64,000 nucleotides of DNA from Azolla caroliniana (lineage: Eukaryota; Plantae; Polypodiophyta), in assembly GCA_043228905.1 (NCBI GenBank), contig JBHGNT010000015.1, positions 13,392,001 through 13,456,000 on the forward strand, given 5' to 3'. The notes below the pieces were generated by a model. It was not told where the DNA came from. It did no database searches and saw nothing but the letters and a program-made list of their open reading frames with translations. The translations under genes were made by a program, and so were the position numbers. Below, in pieces: positions 38,626-51,783 of this stretch. Each line of letters starts with the position of its first letter. The stretch's first letter is position 1.

Positions 38626-41600
38626 CTACTTCATCATACAATTATCTTATTTGTAATGGTTTAAAAGTACAGTCCTAGTTTTAATTTTGTTTTTGTAAGG
38701 CCTTGTAAGTTGTATCTTGTCGAATACCACGCCAAATGTGCTCATGCACCACATTTATACAAATTCAATAAAGAAAGATGTTTAGGACAAAAGGTTTTGT
38801 CAAGGATACGGATTTGAGATATAGAATTTCTTGTTTTTATGGAGCAAAAAATCTAATGCATATGATATTGTATACACCAATCGTGTGTAGTGTACTGGTA
38901 TATTGGCTTCCGTATAGCTCAAGCTTGACCCTTTTTATTAATGAATTTCAAATCTTAGAATTCACAATATTTTTCTTGCATTAAGTCACCGAAAAAAACA
39001 AATTATAGTGACATAGAAAGGAACATACAATTGTACAACAAACAAACATAAGTATAACTTTAACTTTGCACTATTACTAAATCTAGATAATAAGATAAAT
39101 AGGAATCCATATTGGAGACTAGTTTTGTAGGCTTGCGGTTAAATAAGAAACCTTTGAAGAATAAAGAGGCATCTCACTTGAGTTATAACTCTTAAGTGTC
39201 CAAACTTTAAACATTGAAAAATCAAAGCATATTACCAATCATGTGACCAATTACGGCAAGCATTCATAATACGATAGGGTTGCTAATACCCATAAGAGTG
39301 TAAAATAAAGATAATGATCCATTCATTTCAATTTGTTTCCCTTGAATTAGAACAAAATTAAACAAAGTGGGTCCACTTACTCCTTGATGTCATAAATCCT
39401 TATACCTTTGTAATATATATGCCATCATTTTGTTATGTACACCTAGATATGCATTGTGCACTATGCATGATATTAAAAGAAGGGTCTACGAGAGCTTATT
39501 GATGAAAACAACATTATTTTGACTATATAAGGCAATATTATCCTTTCAAACCTTTGTGGATAGGTTGAAACAAGGTTAATTACATCAAGGTTAAAACAAC
39601 TAGTGATTAACCAAACTAAGTTAATTACATCATCAACCCTATGTAGGAAAAAACATGTTGAGAAAAAATGAATTTGAAAAACCATGGCTTTGAACTAAAA
39701 CCATAAATATAGCATACAAGTAAACAATTGCTACATGAAACATGGAGATGTGTAAAGTGCATTTATGCTATGTATAAGGGGGAATGATTCGACATAGAAT
39801 ATCTTGTTCATTGTTCCCAAAAGTCATGCTTTGTGTGGGTAAAAGATGATCTCTCTCATTGCGTTGTGCATCGATGTGCAATTTTACTAGTTGAACTTAC
39901 TATCCACGACCGTTATAAGGTTTTTGATGTCATGCCAACTTGATGTCCTAAAAACGGTGACTATTCATGGGAGTACTAAGTTCTAACAATCATAGTGGGC
40001 CTTTGGGTGAAATTGATCCTAATTATATCAAAATAAATTATTATGTGTAGTGTGTTGAGCCTCCCCTTCAATTAATCAACATATTTTATTCTAACTATTA
40101 TTGAAGGTTAACCTTATATCCCTCCATCACCAACTTCCTCTCACCCTTTTAGAGGTATTTGTCATTCTCAAATTTCAGATGATAAAAAATATGTTGTTGT
40201 GGTTGCCCATGAAAGCAAGTATAAAAAGTTGGGTTCACCAAAAGAAAAAGATGAGCTTGTGAGTCAAAGTTTACACACCAAAATCTATCAAGGTATGCAC
40301 ACAAGAAGAAATCTTTCGAGGACACAAAGATGAATCGGAAAGACAGGGAACTGCTACATGAAAAAACTGAGGACATGGCCCACAATGGATGGATATACAA
40401 TAGGAACCCAAAGGTCTTGTACACTCAATAATTGACTAAAATCATTCTAAGTAAAGAGCATAGGGATGCTTTCCAATATCATCATAATCATACCAAGCAT
40501 ACATCCCTTCCTCTTAACATCAATCCCATTGGGCCTCCATCTTCTCTCGCAACATCATTATGTTGAAGTGGCGTGATTCGATTCATCCTAGATTGTTGGC
40601 TCGTGGAAAGAACTTCAATGACAACAATGTCAATTATGGACTACATGTATTCGAGTTTTAGAAGTTTGATAAGATAAGCTACGAATTGATAATCAAAATA
40701 TGTTGTGGACACCTAAGGTCAAGCACTCATTGCTGTTCTTTCTTACAAATCCTCATGCTCCCCTCATGTTTTCCCAAGCTTATAACGACCTTGATGTGAT
40801 AATGGTATTTTCGGTTTGATAGTGTGTATATATATGTATTGTGTCACTTTAAGCTTAGGTAGTGGCAATCAATACTCGAGTACACTTACTGCACAACCTT
40901 TTCATTTTCTAGAATATTGTGACAATATCTTTTCATCACACAAAGCGTTTTCAACAAACATTTTGTGTAGATTCTTAATGTTTGATCTATAGGATCCATG
41001 TTTAATTGAGATTTAATAGGATTATGACAAATAATATAAAAAGCTATCAAATCTTTTTTTGCATGCCATGATACAAGGCTAAGGAAGGGAAAGTCTCACT
41101 TTTTGCTAAAAGGAACCAAGAAAGTTAAATTAAAGTAAATTGTAGGACTTGATGAGGGAAGAGATTATCATTCATATCTAGAGAGGTTACATATAGTTAA
41201 ACACAAATTCCATATGATTATTAGGTGTCCTTCAAGACAATGTGATTATATTTTGGATACGAAAATGTTATGCTTCGGAGATCTTCTCACGCATTGTCTA
41301 ATTGGTATCTAAACAAAGTAGGCATGAAAAATCAAGGGAATATTGTACCTTTATTATAAAGAAAAAGAAAAGACCCCCTTAGAAAAGAGGTGAAAGAATT
41401 GATTCATCGATGAATACAAAAACCATTGCACGGTGGCAATAACCTTTGGGCAAAACCAAAAAATAGAATTAGAAGTGATTGGGTTTATGCTCTTAAAATT
41501 CATGACTCTAGAAATGTACTGGCTTTAGAGAGACTATGTAAGGCATTCTAAACTTTGAAATATGTAAGTCTAGGGAGGTAATACTTGAATGGATTTTAGA

Positions 41601-42560
41601 AATTGATCGTAAAAGCTCTTAAAATGTAGTAATGTTGTTTAGAAACGTCCCATCTCCTCATGTGACCATTTGTTGCTTTCTTGGGCCCCAATAACAATTA
41701 TGGTATTATATTACTACTAGTATATTATTCCTATCTTTGTGTTTCTATGGGCATTTCATGATAAATCCCACTTTTCTCGGTGATAAAAAAACCAAGTAAT
41801 CAATTCTTAAAAATAATAATATTATAGATAATCTTAGTCTAAAATCGTACTCTTATTTTCTCCTCTTCTTTTTTCAATGCACATTTCCTGTTAAGCTATG
41901 TGAGTTACTATCGATCATTGGGATAAACCAATATATTATTTTGGCATTGCACGATTATGTTTTCTAAAAGTTCTATCAAAAGTTGAGTTGGATGAAATAT
42001 CACATTTCCACGACTACTTTCATGAATAGGATCACTTTGACAATGAAGTTAAGGACACAATACAAAATGAAGTAAGTTAGGAAGCTAGAAGTAAATATTA
42101 AGTTTTGGGTCCTTGCAAACACAAGTAAGTATCCACTTTATCAACAATACAAGAACATACATGATTATCCATAATCCTACGTATTTCAATAAGTTGCATG
42201 GCCATATACTCCATCAATATATAGAAAGCCATGTAGGTTGTTGGGCATAAACACCATCCATTCATCTTGATTTGGAGAATCCTCAATACTGGACACCTTG
42301 TTAACCTCAATACTAACACCATTGAGGACAATTACCTTTTTTATTCAATTAGCTTAAAATTTAATCTTTTTTTCACAATTATATGATGGATAATTACCTT
42401 TTTAATTTAATGTTTGGGTGGTGTCTCCCCCTCACTAACACCATATGCACATCAAGATTAATTTGGCTCTTAGGTCCTCGTACATGGAGCACCTGTGGGA
42501 TCAACTTTTTTTTATGGTCAATCATTGATGCAAAGTTATATAAGCAAGCTCTATTCCTTA

Positions 42561-45240
42561 TTTTTTTTTTCCCAAAAAAGAATATACTCCTTTAGTTAAA
42601 ATATACACAAATTCGATCCCTTTCTCGGGAAGGCCGAGCCAAGACTATCTTGTCCTACACAAGAGATCTTGCTTCTTTATCTTACACTTTCACATATGGT
42701 TCTAGCCATCCTTTCATGCACATCACCTACATTCACTATCCCACATGCCATGTCTTTCACGCCCCTCGTTCATCTAATGGGAGGGGGGACCAACCATTTG
42801 GGTACTTCGTACTTCCATAGTATATCCATTCCATTTGCTGTGGCCATCGGTGTAATACACCATCGCCTTTGAAAATTCAGCCTCATTAGTTCTGCAACAT
42901 CATTAGTACCATCAATCCGCTCATATTGAGTTCTTAGTGTAGTTATTAATGTGTGCCAGATTAGCTTAATTGATTCAGCTGGGGGGCGTTTGTGTGTTGA
43001 AAATACCATGGTACACCTTGTTGTCCATATATACCATATAGTAATGGGGGCAAGCAACATCCAAAAATCTCCAAGTTTTTGATTTTGTGCACAAGTTGTA
43101 GGTACCCTGTTGTCAGTGATCAGCCGCACAATGCCATTCTCCCCTCTGTACTTAGCATTGCATGTGCTATCGTATTTTGCCACATCATCCTCAAGACAAC
43201 TACAACAAGCATGTCCCTAGTTGAGGGTGAACGAACTAGAGGCATGGCAAAGCAAATGTAGTGCCCTTCCCCATACAGCCATACAGCCACTGCCTTGCGA
43301 CATTCCCATAGACAATGGGAAATGCTTTCTATTTGTCCACAGACAATACATCTAGGGTCTACTTTGGGGCCTTTACCCCACGTCCCTACCGGCAAGGCTC
43401 TGTGTGCAATAAGCCCTAAACACATCATTATCTTGTGGTCATATCTGTCATGCCTTATCATTTTCCAGAATTTATCTAGTCTCATTTCACTAATGCCCTC
43501 CTGTATCCAAAATTTCCTTGCTACAATCTTGTCGTGTTCTTGTTCTAGTATAATTTGCCTCCCAATCTTCGTGTTATACCTGAAAAATTGAACCAGCTTT
43601 TCCTCGTCAGTTCATCCTTGAGTTCTCCAACAATACATCACTGGGTCCCATGATAACTAATCCAAATGCCCTTGTATAGGCCAACACACTGACGCCGGTG
43701 TGATCTCCATTGCTTTAGGGTCAATAATCATATTCTTGCCATTTTTTGCGATTAGCCTAATCGGCCTTTCTCTTTGAAAGGCTGGTTGCTCAACTCTTAC
43801 CATTCCGTGCTCTAGTTTGTAGTAGAATACCTCATCTGATTCTACTTTCATTCCCTTAATGCCAATTAAACAATTCTCAGCATCTATAAGTTCTGTCCAC
43901 GCAATTTCAGAGGTTGTTACTTCTTCCTCTTCCACGATATTCCTGTAGCATGCAATGACATCTATAATTCTCTTGAGCATACCTTTACCCCTGCTTATTC
44001 TCCATATTCTAGCTTTTTGAGTGCCCACCTCATTGGACAAAAACCTCTCCCACTCCACTAATGCATTCCCTTGGGCATTGATTAACTCAACCCATTTGAA
44101 ACTTGCTTTTTGGCCTATCATCAGCCCATCCATATCTCTAATCAATGGGTTCCATACAATTGGCATGTACATCCGCGCATATGCATCATTTCTCCACCTA
44201 CATGTGATCCCCTTTCTGATTTCTTGCCATGCTTTCATAATTCCAATAACACAACGACTCTACATACTTCCCCAATATTTGGGTCTCATTTCTGGCACAA
44301 AGCCCCAAAATGGGTTGCTTGGCCATCGTCCACCTTGTCTCGGCAACCACATCTTCCATCTACATCGTCATAGAACTTTCCCTTATCCCATGCATACTTC
44401 TCCGCCCCCTGCACCGTGCCATTTGCATTGCCTCTTCTATCTTCTGGATGCTCCACCATATTAAAGTCTCCTCCAATGATCCACAACTCAACATCTGGCT
44501 TTTTGGCCACTAATTGCAACTAGAATTCTTGTCTTTCAGCAGCTGAATTTGGGGCATATATGTTCAGAATGCCCAAGTGCCCACATCTATGTTTTATCCT
44601 TATGTAGACAACACGACCCTCTATTAAACTCCCCTTGCCTGTACAATCAACAATAAACTTAGCTTTCATGGCTATAAGTACTCCCCCCTGAATATGCCTA
44701 TTCCCTGTAGTTGTTGACCATGTATTGGTCCAGTTCCTAGGGCAAATGCTTCCAATTTTATCGATCTTATCCTCATCTAGATGGTGCTCTTGCACCAAGA
44801 TAATATCAAGCACCACTGCCTCAGTGCAACGCTGGATTTCAGCATCCAATACATTCTTTTTCATCTGGAATTGGGTGCCACCAATTCCTTGTATATTCCA
44901 AGTTAGCAAGCTAAGATTCATATAACCTACACCTTCTGAGGCATGACCAATGCATTTTCCACTTCCAATATAGTAGCTAATATCCTATCTTGGTGATTTT
45001 CCTCTTCTAGTTGTGTCAACATTTCAGGGATGTATACCATGAATTCCGTGAACAATTTAGGAAGCTTCCTAAATTTCACATTTATGTAGCATATGCCTTG
45101 TTCATTCGCCTTGCCCGAACTCCAAATCAAGGCATCTTTCCATTGTCTTTTCATTTTCATCCCTATTGCGGTACCATATGATGTTTTTGTTATTGAGCAC
45201 TTAACTTTAACAATTAGACTAATACATTTATACATAAAAA
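42561..45240 (-). mobile_element. L1-type LINE with internal deletion of RT (APE endonuclease joined to C-terminal/zf-RVT region)
   Basis: LTWNIQG, LVQEH, NIYAPN, GGDFN endonuclease motifs (44921-44380); CIVCGQIESISHCLWEC zf-RVT (43485-43290); A-rich tail near 42561; no RT motifs between. Confidence 0.82.
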
Positions 45241-45540
45241 TAATACAAGTTACTTTACTGTAACTTTGATCTTGTGACCCTATAAATATCCAAAGGGTTC
45301 CATAACCCTACAAATATCCAAGGGGCACATGCTACTAGTATATAAAGAGGACATATTGTATTGTTAGAACCATTCCGGTTTAACGCTAGTCTTTGGTAGA
45401 TCTTATAGTTCACACTATTGTATATTTTCCTTGTATAATAAAAATACATCTGTCTTCTCTCTTTCTTTCTCCTCAACAAGAATTTCCCATTCTTTTTTTC
45501 TCCTTTCGTCCTTGGGAATCCTACCAAATGTTATTGTCGC

Positions 45541-45893
45541 CATGGAATCAATGAGCAAGCAAGAGTATGTTCGAGTCTAAGTTTGTGGTGTTAAAGCAAG
45601 AGAATCAACGATTACTTGGAGATTTGCAACAAGTAAGCATAGAAAATGTACAACAATATGAGGAGTTATCAACACATGCATACCACCTCGAAATGACATT
45701 GCAGTCATTTCAACAAGAAGCTTCAATGAACAAAACTCTCCCAAAGAGCCAAATATTTGTTTGCCTGAGAAATTGGATGGTAATCGATCACAATTTCAAG
45801 GATTTGTAAACTAGGTGCAATTAGTAATTCATATGCATCATAATAGATATGTAGTTGATACACCTCAAGTTGGACTTGTTGGAACTCTCTTGA
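45541..45893 (+). pseudogene. Older gypsy gag fragment, interrupted by a relative's LTR
   Basis: QENQRLLGDL, LPEKLDGNRSQFQGF, QVGLVGTLL parallel to the gag at 46416-48400. Confidence 0.75.
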
Positions 45894-47315
45894 TGTCATG
45901 ATATGGCTTGATATGGCTCCAAAAAGACTTGAACCCATGACCTTGTGTTGCAAGGGTTGAACCCTTACCATTAAACCATACATTATAATACAAAAAATAT
46001 TAATTTCATTTAGGAAATTCATGTATATTCTAGATTACTTTGGAACATTCTAGAAAGTTCAGGAATACTCTTAACAGTACTATAAATAGAGGTACATGGC
46101 ATTATTCAGAACCAATTCAGTTCAATGCCAATCTTATGCCTCCTAGTTGTTCTTGCATCCACTCTTCATATAATATATCATTTGTTATCATCATTCTCTT
46201 TTTTTTTATAGTAATTAGCTTACCACACACACACTCTCTCTCCTTCTCTCATGAGTTCCACACACTCCCTTCCTCGTAGTACTAATCCTTATCTCTAGTA
46301 CTAATTCCCTCTTTGTTTTAGTACTATTCCTGACAGTTTGAACTAAATTGCCCTCATCTTCATATCCATCATTCCCTTCATATAAATATTCTTATCCTTC
46401 CTTCCTCCAATACTATGGCAACTGTTAGCACTCAAGAATACCAATCTTCTCGGAGTTGCAGTGCTTCAAAGAAAAGTTTTTAGCGCTAGAACAAGAAAAT
46501 CAACGGTTGTTGGGGGATCTTTAACAAATCTCTCTAGAGAAGCAACAAACGCAACAACACCACGGAGAGTTAGCGTTACGTGTGCAACAACTTGAAGCAA
46601 CCATTGCGTCATTGTAACAACAGGGACCAAGTACTCAAGGAATTCATAAAGAACCCAAGATTGGTCTTCCTACCAAATTTGATGGAACGCCGTCGTGAAG
46701 ATTTTCGGCAACGGTGTGAAAATCACATGGAACGGAGAAAATTGAGAAGGTGCAATGTGCACACGAATGAATGGGGCGATGGTTACACTCGTACATTAGC
46801 ATGTTGTAAATATGAATGAAATGAGAACCCCTAAGGCCTAGTAGCATTTTCGTGCATACCAAGGGGTGCAAGTAAGAACCTTGCACCTCCAAGTTAAGAC
46901 ACAATTGACTTACCATTAGGTTAAGTTGTTACTTGTTATAGTTTCATCATTGTATTTTTCACATGTAAAAGCTCATACATTAGAGCTTGAATGAAGGACA
47001 TGGTCATCATGCATCACATGCGATGCATGAGCACCAAATGGCAATCATGCATCTCATGCATTGTATGCATGTCTTACACCCTCACATGCATCATATGCAT
47101 GGGGGCATCTATATAAGAAAGAAAGGAAGGGAAAAGGGGGGGGGAGGATCAATCTATGCATCAATCAAGTTATGTATTGAATCAACATCTTAATATTAAA
47201 AAACCTACTTATCTAATTGGTGACTTGTCTTGTTTCTCAACATTGATGTCAGGGGTTCAAACCCAAAATTGGAATTTCCATCCATCTATCTATCTTAAAC
47301 ACTTCCTCAATTCCC

Positions 47316-47351
<36 letters not shown>

Positions 47352-48400
47352 CACATTAGTGTGTCACTTCGGCTACTACAATTTCATTCTGTGTGATCAT
47401 TCACTCTTATCTTTGGAATTCTCGTCAAGAAGGAAATAGCATCGGCAAAGATCTTTTCGCCATCGTCGTCGCCCGCTAAACATTGCACACCACCACATTA
47501 CCACCGCCTACACATCAATCCACCGCACCGCCGATTCTAGTTCGGGTGCGTCTTCGACAACAAAGAACAACCCGACAATAAACCTAAAACAGCTAATTCA
47601 TCTCCTCCATAACCACTAGCAGATAGAGGCTCGGTGCTTGTCCGCGCCTGTGTGACATGCACATCGTGACATTTGGCACGTGTGTCATGCGCCACGCCAC
47701 AACGCGATCACAATTCAGAGGATTCCTTAATCAGGTATGTCTCGTGATTCAAATGCATCCTTCTCGATATCCCACCGATGCATCACGAGTGGGACTAGTA
47801 GGTACATTGCTTAGTGGCACAACTTTGGCATGGTTCGCTCCTTTGTTAGAACAAGGATCTCCATTGTTAAATAATTCTGAGGAATTTATTAGCGAGTTTA
47901 AAGCCTATTTCGGGGACACTGATAGCGTTAGGACAACAATCAATAAAATCCAAAGATTGTGTCAAGGTGATAATCCAGCCTTAGCTTACACTGCGGATTT
48001 CTGTCCATTCGCTGCCGATATTCCCTAGGATGACCTAGAATTGATGGAGTAGTTTCGATATGGCCTACGAAATGATGTCAAAGATTTACTTTTGACTTTC
48101 CTCGAAGAACCAATCAATTGAGCGGTGTTGCAATAACAGCTCAAAGCCCACATATGCCTCAGTTGTAGCAAAACCATTTGCAAGGGAGTCATATAATGCC
48201 TCTCTAGCAAATACTCCAACTCCGATGGAAATTGACACCACACGTCGTCGCGAATCATTATCAGAAGAGGAAAAGTAGCGACATCGAGCAAATTGACTAT
48301 GTCTTTATTGTGGTGGACCAGGGCATATTGTAGTGAACTATCCTCATAGGCCAAGAAGACAGGTAAGTCAAATAGCCACTAGTACTAAACCCGAGTCTAT
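45894..48400 (+). mobile_element. Truncated Ty3/gypsy element of Tf1/sushi/Tcn1 type: LTR 45894-46335 plus degenerate gag
   Basis: TGTCA...TGACA ends, TATAAATA at 46081; gag PTKFDGTRSQFRGFLNQ...LLSGTTLAWF, PMEID, LCLYCGGPGH. Confidence 0.82.
46691..47701. mobile_element. About 1-kb insertion, probably a solo LTR, splitting the gag
   Basis: Flanked by duplication (A)ACGC; removal restores GAT GGA ACG CGA TCA CAA (DGTRSQ); ends CGT...CCACA. Confidence 0.75.
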
Positions 48401-51400
48401 TCCATTAGTAGTGTTTGATAGTCCGTACATATAGGTTTGGTTCAAAGTAAAGCTGTGTGAAGTTAGCATTGAGCAAGAAATTATGTAGCTTGGCATACCA
48501 TTGTCTTGGAGATTGTTTTAATCCATACAGTGCCTTGTGTAGCTTGCGTACATAGTCAGGATACTTGCCATTTTCCATCATTTTGGGTTCTTCCATGTAG
48601 CTAGTTTCCTCTAAATCTCCATGGGAAATGTTGTTTCGATATCTACATGAGGCACTTCCAAATTGAGGTATGCTGATATTGCAAGCAAAAGACGAAGGGA
48701 TGTGATTCTCAATGTAGGTGAGAAAGTTTCATGATAGTCGATGCTGGGAATCTGTGAAAAGCCTTGAGCTACAAGTCAAGCTTTGAATCGGATTGGAATC
48801 CCATGAGCATCACACTTCTTGGTAAAAAGCCATTTGCAACTGACAATGTTGGAGTTAAGCGGTCGAGGGACAAGAGTCCATGTCTTGTTTTTGGTTAGAG
48901 CAGCTACCTCCGTCTGCATAGCATCTATCCAAGCTTCTTTTTCTGTGCTCCGAAGTGCTTGTTTAAGATTAATGATGGGTGCAAGATCCTCTCATTCGTC
49001 TTTCATGTCTGATGTAAATGCCGATATGTCGGATTCGACTTCAATAATGAAGTGCTTTGAAAGGTCTTTTGTGATGTTGTAGATGTCACTTAATAGTTTT
49101 ACCTTTTTCTTGCCCCATTTTTTATTGTTTTCTAACACCTCATCTTTGTTACAATGTTCATCATCTGAATCTTCGTCTTCTGATTTGATGCAATTTTGGA
49201 TTGTTGAGTTACTAAATATACCATCTGCTCCACTGATTGTATCATGTTTGCCTCCTTTCTTTTTATTTGGTTTTGTTGGTTGAACTCGTTCCTTGTTATT
49301 TTCCGGTTCTTTGCTTGTCCCAGTAGCCCCATCGGTCGATGATGGTTTCGAGGACTTCGTTGTAGCTTTCATGTGGTGCTCGAGTTGTGTTATCTCCGTC
49401 CTTTCCGCATCATCGAAGCTCATCGAGGCAGGGATCTCCTTCTTCAACCTAGTTGTAGCTTCAAGTAAAGGGTTTTCATTATGAATTTGTTTATTATATG
49501 TCTTGGTTTTGTTGTTGCTGCCCATGCCCACTGCACATTTTGTTGTAAAGTTTGATGGTACTAAGTTTGCTTGGTTTTCTTGATGGGTTGTATTGCATGT
49601 CTTGATGGTATATTGGGGTTCTTCATCAGATTTTCTACAATATTTCTTTTCCTCCTCAAGGTCTCCCGTGTTGTCGACTTCTTCGCCCATGTTTGCGCTA
49701 GTGTGTAGTTGTTTTAAAGTTTTCCTTTGTAGTCTGCATCCAATAGTGTCTATTTATTTTTCCCTTGTGGTTGCCATGTGTTGAAAGATGTCACACAAAG
49801 TGCCCTCCGAGGATGAGGTCTCTAATCTTCCAACTTGACCACAAATCACAAATTCTTCATCAAACTTGATAGATTGACTAAACACGATTTTACCTGACTG
49901 AGGGAGATAAATCCTGTAAGCATTTACTCTGTAGAGGTTTCCATATCCAATAAACCTCCCTTTGGTGCAATGATTCTCTAGCTTTGACCTATTCTTTGAT
50001 TGTATGTAGTTATATGCTACTGCTCCAAAGACTTTGAGATGTGAGACATCAAGAGATTGACCATACCATATTGTGAATGGTATAGCTCCTTGTAGAGCAC
50101 GGTGAGGACTCCTATTTTGTGGATAGCACGTTGTTGCCACTGCATCTTCCCAAAATCGGTGGTGCATTTTGCTAGTTGCTAGCATGCTTCTAGTTGCATT
50201 AAGAAGTGTTTGCAACCCATTTTGTTGAGGGGTGTATGGTACTGATTTTTGATGAAGGATTTCATGTTGTTGGCAAAATGTCTCCCACTCTTCTGAAGTA
50301 AATCCCCCTCCACTGTCACTACAAATGACTTTGATTGTATGATTCGTTTGGTTTTCTACAAGGCTTTTAAATGGTGAAAATTCTTGTGCCTTATGCTTCA
50401 AGAAATTAACTATTGTGAATCTTGTAGTGTTGTCTATGAATGTAATGAAATATTTTGCACTAGACATAGATGGAATAGAAAGTGGATCACATAGATCAGA
50501 ATGTACTAATTGTAGTGGCTCGATAGTGTTTGTGCTACTTGGTGAGAATGATTTATGTGACATCTTTCCGTAGAGACAACCTTCATATACCTTGATGGTT
50601 TCGAAACTTATAGTTGGTTGGCCTCTTACAAATTTTTGTTTCTCACATTCTCATACCACTTGAATATGTATGTGTCCAAGCCTGCAATGCCACAGGTATG
50701 TGGAAGAAACATTATCTTGATTATGGTTATGACATACCTCTGTTGACAATGCCTCTATTTGTCTCGGTGCCACAAGATATAGATGGCCTTGCTTGGGACA
50801 TACTATTGCTTTGCTCTTGCCTTTATGTAGATGTATCATGGCCCGGTTCTTAGTGAATTTGATAGTCAACCCATTGTTGGTAGTTTTTCCAACTGACAAT
50901 AAGTGTTTTGCCACTCCAGGTACATAATACACATCTGTAATTTTTATGTGATTATCATTTGCCATTATCAAACAAATGTTACCTTTTCCCACAACTAGTT
51001 TCTGTCCATTGTCTCCGAACTAGTTCTTGATACTCCTCCAGCCAATCCTTCCGATATGTAAGATGGTGTGTAGCACCCGTATCAAGAAACCAGGTACCAT
51101 GATCTCGTTTCTTTCCCCCACCATCAGTATTGATGTGATATGCTTGGATGTATACTTCTTCATTTTGGTCTTCTCCTTTATCCAAAGAGTATTAAGATTT
51201 ATCCTCATTAACTTCTTGGATCTCCACATTGTGTGCTTGTGGCCGACTTGCTTTATTTAGATAAACTTGCTTGAATTGACACACTCTTTTTGTATGTCCA
51301 TCCTTTTTACAATACCTACATGTCACCTTGAAGCTTCCACTTTGTTGAGTTCCATATGTATAAATTCTCTGCCCATCATTCTTGTTACTTGATTTATTTG

Positions 51401-51783
51401 ACTCAAGGGCTTTCCCTTTCCAAGCTTTATGTCTTTGTCGATTTGCTGGTTGATATTGTTGATGTCTATTGTTTGAAGCAGCCATGGCCATTGGTTGATT
51501 TGCCGCTTTCTTTTGTCGCCGAATGTCTTCATGACAAATCTTTGTAAGTAACTCTGGAAGTGATTTAATGTTGTTGTTCATGGTAGTGAATGTTCCCGAT
51601 GATTCAAGAAGTTTGTTTAGTATTAAACCTATCTTTATATATTTTGGGATGAGGTTGTTAGCGGCAATAGGATCATCCATGGCTTCTTCCCAGGTAGCTA
51701 GGAAGGTAGAAACATATTCCTCTTCCTACATCACACACATATTGAATAATGCACCTAATGTATGTAGCTTAGTCGTAATATCA

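Noticed and set aside
38700-42400. Possible ancient transposase or other coding remnants
   Set aside because: No motif recognisable with confidence without a search
48992-49690. 232-aa ORF as a captured gene in the copia
   Set aside because: Low-complexity sequence continuing in frame past a stop into RT motifs; best read as a long IN-RT linker
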